This document shows positions 21,460-35,900 of a stretch of 64,000 nucleotides of DNA, piece after piece. Source of the DNA: the human T2T-CHM13v2.0 reference genome, Homo sapiens; the NCBI GenBank assembly GCA_009914755.4, contig CP068257.2:448001-512000 (forward strand), given 5' to 3'. Within the stretch, counting starts at the first letter, position 1; every line of letters starts with the position of its first letter. The translations under genes and the position numbers were made by a program. The notes under the pieces were generated by a model. The model saw only the letters and a program-made list of their open reading frames with translations. It ran no database searches and was not told the DNA's origin.

Positions 21460-24400
21460 TGTGAGAGATCTCGCCACTGATGAACCAAGTGATGTAACCA
21501 TTGTCTAGGCTTTGCGTACAGGGGTCTTTGTGACATTCCTTTGCACTGATCACCCAGGTGATGTAACACATCTAAGTTCGGCCTAAAGGAGCTTTGTGAC
21601 ATATCTTTGCACAGATCACTTAGGTGATGTAACACTTTTATAAACACTGCCTACAGGGAATTTTGACAAATCTCTGCACTGATCACCTAGGTGATGTAAC
21701 TCTTGTCTACCCTCTGTCCAACGGGGCATTGTGAAATATCTCTGCACTGATGACCCAGGTGATTCAACTCTTGACTAGGATCTGCCTACAGAGGTTATTG
21801 TGAAATATCTCTGCACTGATAAACTAGGTGGTGTAACCCTTGTCCAAGTTCTGCCTACAGGGGCGTTTTCACATATCCCTGAACTGATGACAAAGGTGAT
21901 GTAACTCTTGCCTAGGCTTTGCCTACAGGGGACATTGGACATATATCTGCACTGATCACCCAGGTGATGCAACTCTTGCCTAGCCTTTGCCTACAGGGGA
22001 CATTGTGACATATCTCTGCACTGATCTCCCAGGTGCTGTAACTTTAGTCTAGGCTCTGGCTACACGGCATTGTGACATATCACTGCACTGATCACCCAGG
22101 TGATATAACACTTGACTAGGCTCTGCCTACAATGGTCTTGTGACATATCTCTGCACTGATCACACAGGTGATATAACTCTTCTCTAGGATCTGCCTACAG
22201 GATGCTTTGTGACATATCCCTGCACTGATCACCCAGGTGATCTAACTCTGGTCTAAGCTCCGCCTAAAGGGGCATTGTGACAGATCTCTGCACTGATCAC
22301 TCAGGTGATGTAACGATTGTCTAGGCTCTGATTAAAGGGGCCTTGTCACATATCTCTGCACTGATCACCCAGGTGATGTAACTCTTGTATAGCCTCTGCT
22401 TCCACGGCATATTGTGACATATCTATGCACTGATCACCTTAGTGATGTAACAGCTGTGTAGGCTCGGCCTACTCGGGAATCTTGCCATATCTCTGCACTG
22501 TTAACCGAGGCGATTGAACTCTTGTCTAGGCTGTGCCCACAGGGGGATTGAGACATATCTCTGCACTGATCCCGAGGTGATCCAACTCTTGCCTGGTCTC
22601 TGCCTACTGGGGACATTTTGACATATCTCTGCACTGATCTCCCAGGTGCTATAACTTTAGTCTAGGCTCTGGCTACACGGCATTGTGACATATGACTGCA
22701 CTGATTACCCAGGCGATATAACTCTTGTCTCGGCTCTGCCTACAATGGTCTTGTGACATATCTCTGCACTGATCACCTAGGTGATATATCTCTTCTCTAG
22801 GATCTGACCACAGGGTGCTTTGTTACATATCCCTGTAATGATCACCCAGGGGTATACCACTTGCCAAATCTCTGCCTACAGGGACATTGTAATATATCTC
22901 TGCACTGATCACCTAGGTCTTGTAACTCTTTTCTAGGATCTGCCTACAGGGTGCTTTGTGACGTATCCCAGCAAGGATTACCCAGGTGTTGTACCTCTCA
23001 TCAAGGCTCTGCCTACAGGCACATTGCGATGTATCTCTGCACTGATCACCGAGGTCATGTAAGTTTTGTCTAGGCTCTGCCTGCGATGGCATTGTGACAT
23101 ATCTCTGCACTAATCATCCAAGTGATGTAACTCTTGTCTAGGATCTGCCTAAATTAACTTTGTGACATAACCCAGTACTGATCATCCAGGTGATGGGGCT
23201 TTTGTCTAGACTCTGCCTAAGGGGGCATTGTGACATATTTCTGCATTGAGCACCCAGGTGACGAACTCTTCTCTCGCATCTACCTATGGGGGCATTGTGA
23301 CAAATCTCTGCACTGATCACCCAGGTGTCGTAAATGTTGTGTAACCTCTGCCTACAGGGGAATTGTGAGAGATCTCGCCACTGATCACCCAAGTGATGTA
23401 ACCATTGTCTAGGCTTTGCGTACAGGAGGCTTTGTGACATACCTTTGCACTGATCACCCAGGTGATGTAACACATCTAAGTTCGGCCTAAAGGAGCTTTG
23501 TGACATATCTCTGCACTGATCACTTAGGTGATGTAACACTTTTATAAGCACTGCCTACAGGGAATTTTGACAAATCTGTACACTGATCACCTAGGTGATG
23601 TAACTCTTGTCTACCCTCTGTCCAACGGGGCATTGTGAAATATCTCTGCACTGATCACCCAGGTGATTCAACTCTTGACTAGGATCTGCCTACAGAGGTT
23701 ATTGTGAAATATCTCTGCACTGATAAACTAGGTGGTGTAACCCTTGTCCAAGTTCTGCCTACAGGGGCGTTTTCACATATCCCTGAACTGATGACAAAGG
23801 TGATGTAACTCTTGCCTAGGCTTTGCCTACAGGGGACATTGGACATATATCTGCACTGATCACCCAGGTGATGCAACTCTTGCCTAGGCTTTGCCTACAG
23901 GGGACATTGTGACATATCTCTTCAATGATCACCCATGTGATGCAACTCTTGCCTAGGCTTTGCCTACAGGGGACATTGTGACATATCTCTGCACTGATTT
24001 CCCAGGTGCTGTAACTTTAGGCTAGGCTCTGGCTACACGGCATTGTGACATATCACTGCAATGATCAACCAGGTGATATAACCCCTGTAGAGGCTCTGCC
24101 TACAGGGGGCTTGTGACAAATGTCTGCACGGATCACCCAGGTGATATAGCTCTTCTCTAGGATCTGCCTATAGGGTGCTTTGTGACATATCCCTGCACTG
24201 ATCACCCAGGTGATCTAACTCTGGTCTAAGCTCTTCCTAAAGGGGCCTTGTGACAGATCTCTGCACTGATCACTCAGGTGATGTAACTTTTGTCTAGGCT
24301 CTGCTTCAAGAGGCCTTGTCACAAATCTCTGCACTGATCACCCAGGTGATGTAACTCTTGTCTAGGCTCTGCTTCCAGGGCATATTGTGACATATCTATG

Positions 24401-26999
24401 CACTGATCACCTTAGTGATGTAACACTTGTGTAGGCTCGGCCTACAGGGGAATCTTGACATATCTCTGCACTGTTAACCGAGGTGATTTAACTCTTCTCT
24501 AGGCTGTGCCCAAAGGGGTTTGAGACATATCTCTGCACTGATCCCGAGGTGATCCAACTCTTGCCTGGTCTCTGCCTACTGGGGACATTGTGACATATCT
24601 CTGCACTGATCTCCCTGGTGCTGCAACTATAGTCTAGGCTCTGGCTACACGACATTGTGACATATCAGTGCACTGATCACATAGGTGATATAACTCTTGT
24701 CTAGGCTCTGCCTACAATGGTCTTGTGACTTATCTCTGCACTGATCACCCAGGTGATATAACTATTCTCTAGGATCTGACCACAGGGTGCTTTGTGACAT
24801 ATCCCTGCAATGATCACCCAGGTGATATACCACTTGCCAATGCTCTGCCTACAGGGGCATTGCAATGTATCTCAGCACTGATCACCTAGGTCTTGTAACT
24901 GTTTTCTAGGATCTGCCTACAGGGTGCTTTGTGACGTATCCCAGCAAGGATTACCCAGGTGATGTACCGCTCATCAAGGCTCTGCCTACAGGCACATTGC
25001 AATGTATCTCTGCACTGATCACCTAGGTCATGTAACATTTGTCTAGTCTCTGCCTACGATGGCATTGTGACATATTTCTGCACTAATCATCCAAGTGATG
25101 TAACTCTTGTCTAGGATCTGCCTACACTAACTTTGTGACATAATCCTGTACAGATCATCCAGGTGATGGGGTTTTTGTCTAGGCTCTGCCTAAGGGGGCA
25201 TTGTGACAAATTCCTGCATTGATCACCCAGGTGGCGAAATCTTCCCTTGGATCTGCCTATGGGGGCATTGTGACAAATCTCTGCACTGATCACCCAGGTG
25301 CCGTAACAGTTGTGTAACCTCTGCCTACAGGGGAATTGTGAGAGATCTCGCCACTGATCACCCAAGTGATGTAACCATTGACTAGGCTTTGCGAACAGGG
25401 GGTTAGTGACATACCTTTGCACTGATCACCCAGGTGATGTAACACATCTAAGTTCGGCCTAAAGGAGCTTTGTGACATATCTCTGCACTGATCAACCAGG
25501 TGATATAACCCCTGTATAGGCTCTGCCTACAGGGGGCTTGTGACATATGTCTGCACGGATCACCCAGGTGATATAGCTCTTCTCTAGGATCTGCCTATAG
25601 GGTGCTTTGTGACATATCCCTGCACTGATCTCCCAGGTGATCTAACTCTGGTCTAAGCTCTTCCTAAAGGGGCATTGTGACAGATCTCTGCACTGATCAC
25701 TCAGGTGATGTAACTGTTGTCTAGGCTCTGCTTCAAGGGGCCTTGTCACAAATCTCTGCACTGATCACCCAGGTGATGTAACTATTGTCTAGGCTCTGCT
25801 TCCAGGGCATATTGTGACATATCTATGCACTGTTCACCTTAGTGATGTAACACTTGTGTAGGCTCGGCCTACAGGGGAATCTTGACATATATCTACACTG
25901 TTAACCGAGGTGATTTAACTCTTCTCTAGGCTGTGCCCACAGGGGGATTGAGACATATCTCTGCACTGATCCCGAGGTGATCCAACTCTTACTGGTCTCT
26001 GCCTACTGGGGACATTGTGACATATCTCTGCACTGATCTCCCTTGTGCTGCAACTTTAGTCTAGGCTCTGGCTACACGACATTGTGACATAGCAGTGCAC
26101 TGATCACATAGGTGATATAACTCTTGTCTAGGCTCCGCCTACAATGGTCTTGTGACATATCTCTGCACTGATCACCCAGGTGATATAACTATTCTCTAGG
26201 ATCTGACCACAGGGTCCTTTGTGACATATCCCTGCAATGATCACCCAGGTGATATACCACTTGCCAATGCTCTGCCTACAGGGGCATTGCAATGTATCTC
26301 AGCACTGATCACCTAGGTCTTGTAACTCTTTTCTAGGATCTGCCTACAGGGTGCTTTGTGACGTATCCCAGCAAGGATTACCCAGGTGATGTACCGCTCA
26401 TCAAGGCTCTGCCTACAGGCACATTGCGATGTATCTCTGCACTGATCACCTAGGTCATGTAACCTTTGTCTAGTCTCTGCCTACGATGGCATTGTGACAT
26501 ATTTCTGCACTAATCATCCAAGTGATGTAACTCTTGTCTAGGATCTGCTTACACTAACTTTGTGACATAATCCTGTACAGATCATCCAGGTGATGGGGTT
26601 TTTGTCTAGGCTCTGCCTAAGGGGGCATTGTGACATATTTCTGCATTGATCACCCAGGTGGCGAACTCTTCTCTTGGATCTGCCTATGGGGGCATTGTGA
26701 CAAATCTCTGCACTGATCACCCAGGTGTCGTAACTGTTGTGTAACCTCTGCCTACAGGGGAATTGTGAGAGATCTCGCCACTGATCACCCAAGTGATGTA
26801 ACCATTGTCTAGGCTTTGCGTACAGGGGGCTTTGTGACATACCTTTGCACTGATCACCCAGGTGATGTAACACATCTAAGTTCGGCCTAAAGGAGCTTTG
26901 TGACATATCTCTGCATTGATCACTTAGGTGATGTAACACTTTTATAATCACTGCCTACAGGGAATTTTGACAAATCTCTGCACTGATCACCTAGGTGAT

Positions 27000-29900
27000 G
27001 TAACTCTTGTCTACCCTCTGTCCAACGGGGCATTGTGAAATGTCTCTGCACTGATCACCCAGGTGACTCAACTCTTGACTAGGAACTGCCTACAGAGGTT
27101 ATTGTGAAATATCTCTGCACTGATAAACTAGGTGGTGTAACCCTTGTCCAAGCTGTGCCTACAGGGGCGTTTCCACATATCCCTGAACTGATGACAAAGG
27201 TTATGTAACTCTTGCCTAGGCTTTGCCTACAGGGAACATTGGACATATATCTGCACTGATCACCTAGGTGATGCAACTCTTGCCTAGGCTTTGCCTACAG
27301 GGGACATTGTGACATATCTCTTCAATGATCACTCATCTGATGCATCTCTTGCCTAGGCTTTGCGTACAGGGGACATTGTGACATATCTCTGCACTGATCT
27401 CCCAGGTGCTGTAACTTTAGTCTAGGCTCTGGCTACACGGTATTGTGACATATCACTGTACTGATCAACCAGGTGATATAACTCTTGTATAGGCTCTGCC
27501 TACAGGGTGATTGTGACCTACCTCTGCACTGATCACCCAGGTGATATAACTCTTCTCTAGGATCTGCCTACAGGGTACTTTGTGACATATCCCTGCACTG
27601 ATCACCCAGGTGATCTAACTCTGGTCTAAGCTCTGCCTAAAGGGGCATTGTGACAGATCTCTGCACTGATCCCTCTGGTGATGTAAGTATTGTCTAGGCT
27701 CTGCTTCAAGGGGCCTTGTCACATATCTCTGCACTGATCACCCAGGTGATGTAACTCTTGTCTAGGCTCTGCTTCCAGGGCATATTGTGACATATCTATG
27801 CACTGATCACCTTAGTGATGTAACACTTTGGTAGGCTCGGCCTACAGGGGAATCTTGACATATCTTTGCACTGTTAACGGAGGTGATTTAACTCTTGTCT
27901 AGGCTGTGCCCACAGGGGGATTGAGACATATCTCTGCACTGATCCCGAGGTGATACAACTCTTGCCTGGTCTCTGCCTACTGTGGACATTGTGACATATC
28001 TCTGCACTGATCTCCCAGGTGCTGTAACTTTAGTCTATGCTCCGGCTACACGGCATTGTAACATATCACTACACTGATCACCCAGGCGATATAACTCTTC
28101 TCTAGGATCTGACCACAGGGTGCTTTGTGACATATCCCTGCAATGATCACCCAGGTGATATACCACTTGCCAAGGCTCTGCCTACAGGGGCATTGCAATG
28201 TATCTCTGCACTGATCACCTAGGTCTTGTAGCTATTTTCTAGGATCTGCCTACAGGGTGCTTTGTGACGTGTCCCAGCAAGGATTACCCAGGTAATGTAC
28301 CTCTCATCAAGGCTCTGCCTACAGGCACATTGTGATGTATCTCTGCACTGATCACCTAGGTCATGTAACTTTTTTCTAGGCTCTACCTACGATGGCATTG
28401 TGACATATCTCTGCACTAATCATCCAAGTGATGTAACACTTGTCTAGGATGTGCCTAAATTATCTTTTTGACATAACCCTGTACTGATCATCCAGGTGAT
28501 GGAGCTTTTGTCTAGGCTCTGCCTAAGGGGGCATTGTGACATATTTCTGCATTGATCACCCAGGTGGCGAACTCTTCTCTCCGATCTGCCTATGGGGGCA
28601 TTGTGAGAAATCTCTGCACTGATCACCCAGGTGATGTAATTGTTGTGTTACCTCTGCCTACAGGTTAATTGTGAGAGATCTCGTCACTGATTACCCAAGT
28701 GATGTAACCATTGTCTAGGCTTTGCGTACAGGGGGCTTTGTGACATACCTTTGCACTGATCACCCTGGTGATGTAACACATCAAAGTTCGGCCTAAAGGA
28801 GCTTTGTGACATATCTCTGCACTGATCACTTAGGTGATGTAACACTTTTATAATCACTGCCTACAGGGAATTTTGACAAATCTCTGCACTGATCACCTAG
28901 GTGATGTAACTCTTGTCTAACCTCTGTCCAACGGGGCATTGTGAAATATCTCTGCACTGATCACCCAGGTGATTCAACTCTTGACTAGGAACTGCCTACA
29001 GAGGTTATTGTGAAATACCTCTGCACTGATAAACTAGGTCGGGTAACCCTTGTCCAAGCTCTGCCTTCAGGGGCGTTTCCACATATCCCTGAACTGATGA
29101 CAAAAGTGATGTAACCCTTGCCTAGGCTTTGCCTACAGGGAACATTGGACATATATCTGCACTGATCACCCAGGTGATGCAACTCTTGCCTAGGCTTTGC
29201 CTACAGGGAACATTGGACATATATCTGCACTGATCACCCAGGTGATGCAACTCTTGCCTAGGCTTTGCCTACAGGGGACATTGTGACATATCTCTTCAAT
29301 GATCACTCATGTGATGCATCTCTTGCCTAGGCTTTGCCTACAGGCGACATTGTGACATATCTCTGCACTGATCTCCCAGGTGCTGTAACTTTAGTCTAGG
29401 CTCTGGCTACAAGGCATTGTGACCTACCTCTGCACTGATCACCCAGGTGTTATAACTCTTCTCTAGGATCTGCCTACAGGGTACTTTGTGACATATCCCT
29501 GCACTGATCACCCAGGTGATCTAACTCTGGTCTAAGCTCTGCCTAAAGGGGCATTGTGACAGATCTCTGCACTGATCACTCTGGTGATGTAAGTATTGTC
29601 TAGGCTCTGCTTCAAGGGGCCTTGTCACATATCTCTGCACTGATCACCCAGGTGATGTAACTCTTGTCTAGGCTCTGCTTCCAGGGCATATTGTGACATA
29701 TCTATGCACTGATCACCTTAGTGATTGAACACTTTGGTAGGCTCGGCCTACAGGGGAATCTTGACATATCTCTGCACTGTTAACCGAGGTGATTTAACTC
29801 TTGTCTAGGCTTTGCCCACAGGGGGATTGAGACATATCTCTGCACTGATCCCGAGGTGATACAACTCTTGCCTGGTCACTGCCTACTGTGGACATTGTGA

Positions 29901-32900
29901 CATATCTCTGCACTGATCTCCCAGGTGCTGTAACTTTTGTCTAGGCTCTGGCTACACGGCATTGTGACATATCACTGCACTGATCACCCAGGCGATATAA
30001 CTCTTCTCTAGGATCTGACCACAGGGTGCTTTGTGACATATCCCTGCAATGATCACCCAGGTGATATACCACTTGCCAAGGCTCTGCCTACAGGGGCATT
30101 GCAATGTATCTCTGCACTGATCACCTAGGTCTTGTAGCTATTTTCTAAGATCTGCCTACAGGGTGCTTTGTGACGTGTCCCAGCAAGGATTACCCAGGTG
30201 ATGTACCTCTCATCAAGGCTCTGCCTACAGGCACATTGTGATGTATCTCTGCACTGATCACCTAGGTCATGTAACTTTTTTCTAGGCTCTACCTACGATG
30301 GCATTGTGACATATCTCTGCACTAATCATCCAAGTGATGTAACTCTTGTCTAGGATGTGCCGAAATTAACTTTTTGACATAACCCTGTACTGATCATCCA
30401 GGTGATGGAGCTTTTGTCTAGGCTCTGCCTAAGGGGGCATTGTGACATATTTCTGCATTGATCACCCAGGTGGCGAACTCTTCTCTCGGATCTGCCTATG
30501 GGGGCATTTTGAGAAATCTCTGCACTGATCACCCAGGTGATGTAACTGTTGTGTAACCTCTGCCTACAGGGGAATTGTGAGAGATCTCGTCACTGATTAC
30601 CCAAGTGATGTAACCGTTGTCTAGGCTTTGCATACAGGGGGCTTTGTGACATACCTTTGCACTGATCACCCAGGTGATGTAACACATCTAAGTTCGGCCT
30701 AAAGGAGCTTTGTGACATATCTCTGCACTGATCGCTTAGGTGATGTAACACTTTTATAATCACTGCCTACAGGGAATTTTGACAAATCTCTGCACTGATC
30801 ACCTAGGTGATGTAACTCCTGTCTACCCTCTGTCCAACGGGGCATTGTGAAATACCTCTGCACTGATCACCCAGGTGATTCAACTCTTGACTAGGAACTG
30901 GCTACAGAGGTTATTGTGAAATATCTCTGCGCTGATAAACTAGGTGGTGTAAACCTTGTCAAAGCTCTGCCTACAGGGGCGTTTCGACATATCCCTGAAA
31001 TGATGACAAAGGTGATGTAACTCTTGCCTATGCTTTGCCTACAGGGAACATTGGACATATATCTGCACTGATCACCCAGGTGATGCAACTCTTGCCTAGG
31101 CTTTGAAAACAGGGGACATCGTAACATATCTCTTCAATGATCACTCATGTGATGCATCTCTTGCCTAGGCTTTACCTACAGGGGACATTGTGAAATATCT
31201 CTGCACTGATCTCCCAGGTGCTGTAACTTTAGTCTAGGCTCTGGCTACACGACATTGTGACATATCACTGCACTGATCAACCAGGTGATATAACTCTTGT
31301 ATAGGCTCTGCCTACAGGGGGATTGTGACCTACGACTGCACTGATCACCCAGGTGATATAACTCTTCTCTAGGATCTGCCTACAAGGTACTTTGTGACAT
31401 ATCCCTGCACTGATCACCCAGGTGATCTAACTCTGGTCTAAGCTCTGCCTAAAGGGGCATTGTGACAGATCTCTGCACTGATCACTCTGGTGATGTAAGT
31501 ATTTTCTAGGCTCGGCTTCAAGGGGCCTTGTCACATACCTCTGCACTGATCACCCAGGTGATGTAACTCTTGTCTAGGCTCTGCTTCCAGGGCATATTGT
31601 GACATATCTATGCACTGATCACCTTAGTGATGTAACACTTTGGTAGGCTCGGCCTACAGGGGAATCTTGACATATCTCTGCAGTTTTAACCGAGGTGATT
31701 GAACTCTTGTCTAGGCTGTGCCCACAGGGGGATTGAGACATATCTCTGCACTGATCCCGAGGTGATACAACTCTTGCCTGGTATCTGCCTACTGTGGACA
31801 TTGGGACATATCTCTGCACTGATCTCCCAGGTGCTGTAACTTTAGTCTAGGCTCTGGCTACACGGCATTGTGACATATCACTGCACTGATCACCCAGGCG
31901 ATATAACTCTTCTCTAGGATCTGACCACAGGGTGCTTTGTGACATATCCCTGCAATGATCACCCAGGTGATATACCACTTGCCAAGGCTCTGCCTACAGG
32001 GGCATTGCAATGTATCTCTGCACTGATCACCTAGGTCTTGTAGCTATTTTCTAGGATCTGCCTACAGGGTGCTTTGTGACGTGTCCCAGCAAGGATTACC
32101 CAGGTGATGTACCTCTCATCAAGGCTCTGCCTACAGGCACATTGTGATGTATCTCTGCACTGATCACCTAGGTCATGTAACTTTTTTCTAGGCTCTACCT
32201 ACGATGGCATTGTGACATATCTCTGCACTAATCATCCAAGTGATGTAACTCTTGTCTAGGATGTGCCGAAATTAACTTTATGACATAACCCTGTACTGAT
32301 CATCCAGGTGATGGAGCTTTTGTCTAGGCTCTGCCTAAGGGGGCATTGTGACATATTTCTGCATTGATCCCCCAGGTGGCGAACTCTTCTCTCGGATCTG
32401 CCTATGGGGGCATTGTGAGAAATCTCTGCACTGATCACCCAGGTGATGTAACTGTTGTGTATCCTCTGCCTACAGGGGAATTGTGAGAGATCTCGTCACT
32501 GATTACCCAAGTGATGTAACCGTTGTCTAGGCTTTGCATACAGGGGGCTTTGTGACATACCTTTGCACTGATCACCCAGGTGATGTAACACATCTAAGTT
32601 CGGCCTAAAGGAGCTTTGTGACATATCTCTGCACTGATCGCTTAGGTGATGTAACACTTTTATAATCACTGCCTACAGGGAATTTTGACAAATCTCTGCA
32701 CTGATCACCTAGGTGATGTAACTCCTGTCTACCCTCTGTCCAACGGGGCATTGTGAAATACCTCTGCACTGATCACCCAGGTGATTCAACTCTTGACTAG
32801 GAACTGGCTACAGAGGTTATTGTGAAATATCTCTGCGCTGATAAACTAGGTGGTGTAAACCTTGTCAAAGCTCTGCCTACAGGGGCGTTTCGACATATCC

Positions 32901-35900
32901 CTGAAATGATGACAAAGGTGATGTAACTCTTGCCTATGCTTTGCCTACAGGGAACATTGGACATATATCTGCACTGATCACCCAGGTGATGCAACTCTTG
33001 CCTAGGCTTTGAAAACAGGGGACATCGTAACATATCTCTTCAATGATCACTCATGTGATGCATCTCTTGCCTAGGCTTTACCTACAGGGGACATTGTGAA
33101 ATATCTCTGCACTGATCTCCCAGGTGCTGTAACTTTAGTCTAGGCTCTGCCTACACGACATTGTGACATATCACTGCACTCATCAACCAGGTGATATAAC
33201 TCTTGTATAGGCTCTGCCTACAGGGGGATTGTGACCTACGACTGCACTGATCACCCAGGTGATATAACTCTTCTCTAGGATCTGCCTACAAGGTACTTTG
33301 TGACATATCCCTGCACTGATCACCCAGGTGATCTAACTCTGGTCTAAGCTCTGCCTAAAGGGGCATTGTGACAGATCTCTGCACTGATCACTCTGGTGAT
33401 GTAAGTATTTTCTAGGCTCTGCTTCAAGGGGCCTTGTCACATACCTCTGCACTGATCACCCAGGTGATGTAACTCTTGTCTAGGCTCTGCTTCCAGGGCA
33501 TATTGTGACATATCTATGCACTGATCACCTTAGTGATGTAACACTTTGGTAGGCTCGGCCTACAGGGGAATCTTGACATATCTCTGCAGTTTTAACCGAG
33601 GTGATTGAACTCTTGTCTAGGCTGTGCCCACAGGGGGATTGAGACATATCTCTGCACTGATCCCGAGGTGATACAACTCTTGCCTGGTATCTGCCTACTG
33701 TGGACATTGGGACATATCTCTGCACTGATCTCCCAGGTGCTGTAACTTTAGTCTAGGCTCTGGCTACACGGCATTGTGACATATCACTGCACTGATCACC
33801 CAGGCGATATAACTCTTCTCTAGGATCTGACCACAGGGTGCTTTGTGACATATCCCTGCAATGATCACCCAGGTGATATACCACTTGCCAAGGCTCTGCC
33901 TACAGGGGCATTGCAATGTATCTCTGCACTGATCACCTAGGTCTTGTAGCTATTTTCTAGGATCTGCCTACAGGGTGCTTTGTGACGTGTCCCAGCAAGG
34001 ATTACCCAGGTGATGTACCTCTCATCAAGGCTCTGCCTACAGGCACATTGTGATGTATCTCTGCACTGATCACCTAGGTCATGTAACTTTTTTCTAGGCT
34101 CTACCTACGATGGCATTGTGACATATCTCTGCACTAATCATCCAAGTGATGTAACTCTTGTCTAGGATGTGCCGAAATTAACTTTTTGACATAACCCTGT
34201 ACTGATCATCCAGGTGATGGAGCTTTTGTCTAGGCTCTGCCTAAGGGGGCATTGTGACATATTTCTGCATTGATCACCCAGGTGGCGAACTCTTCTCTCG
34301 GATCTGCCTATGGGGGCATTGTGAGAAATCTCTGCACTGATCACCCAGGTGATGTAACTGTTGTGTTACCTCTGCCTACAGGTTAATTGTGAGAGATCTC
34401 GTCACTGATTACCCAAGTGATGTAACCATTGTCTAGACTTTGCGTACAGGGGGCTTTGTGACATACCTTTGCACTGATCACCCAGGTGATGTAACACATC
34501 TAAGTTCGGCCTAAAGGAGCTTTGTGACATATCTCTGCACTGATCACTTAGGTGATGTAACACTTTTATAATCACTGCCTACAGGGAATTTTGACAAATC
34601 TCTGCACTGATCACCTAGGCGATGTAACTCTTGTCTACCCTCTGTCCAACGGGGCATTGTGAAATGTCTCTGCACTGATCACCCAGGTGACTCAACTCTT
34701 GACTAGGAACTGCCTACAGAGGTTATTGTGAAATATCTCTGCACTGATAAACTAGGTGGTGTAACCCTTGTCCAAGCTCTGCCTACAGGGGCGTTTCCAC
34801 ATATCCCTGAACTGATGACAAAGGTTATGTAACTCTTGCCTAGGCTTTGCCTACAGGGAACATTGGACATATATCTGCACTGATCACCTAGGTGATGCAA
34901 CTCTTGCCTAGGCTTTGCCTACAGGGGACATTGTGACATATCTCTTCAATGATCACTCATCTGATGCATCTCTTACCTAGGCTTTGCGTACAGGGGACAT
35001 TGTGACATATCTCTGCACTGATCTCCCAGGTGCTGTAACTTTAGTCTAGGCTCTGGCTACACGGTATTGTGACATATCACTGTACTGATCAACCAGGTGA
35101 TATAACTCTTGTATAGGCTCTGCCTACAGGGTGATTGTGACCTACCTCTGCACTGATCACCCAGGTGATATAACTCTTCTCTAGGATCTGCCTACAGGGT
35201 ACTTTGTGACATATCCCTGCACTGATCACCCAGGTGATCTAACTCTGGTCTAAGCTCTGCCTAAAGGGGCATTGTGACAGATCTCTGCACTGATCCCTCT
35301 GGTGATGTAAGTATTGTCTAGGCTCTGCTTCAAGGGGCCTTGTCACATATCTCTGCACTGATCACCCAGGTGATGTAACTCTTGTCTAGGCTCTGCTTCC
35401 AGGGCATATTGTGACATATCTATGCACTGATCACCTTAGTGATGTAACACTTTGGTAGGCTCGGCCTACAGGGGAATCTTGACATATCTTTGCACTGTTA
35501 ACGGAGGTGATTTAACTCTTGTCTAGGCTGTGCCCATAGGGGGATTGAGACATATCTCTGCACTGATCCCGAGGTGATACAACTCTTGCCTGGTCTCTGC
35601 CTACTGTGGACATTGTGACATATCTCTGCACTGATCTCCCAGGTGCTGTAACTTTAGTCTATGCTCCGGCTACACGGCATTGTAACATATCACTACACTG
35701 ATCACCCAGGCGATATAACTCTTCTCTAGGATCTGACCACAGGGTGCTTTGTGACATATCCCTGCAATGATCACCCAGGTGATATACCACTTGCCAAGGC
35801 TCTGCCTACAGGGGCATTGCAATGTATCTCTGCACTGATCACCTAGGTCTTGTAGCTATTTTCTAGGATCTGCCTACAGGGTGCTTTGTGACGTGTCCCA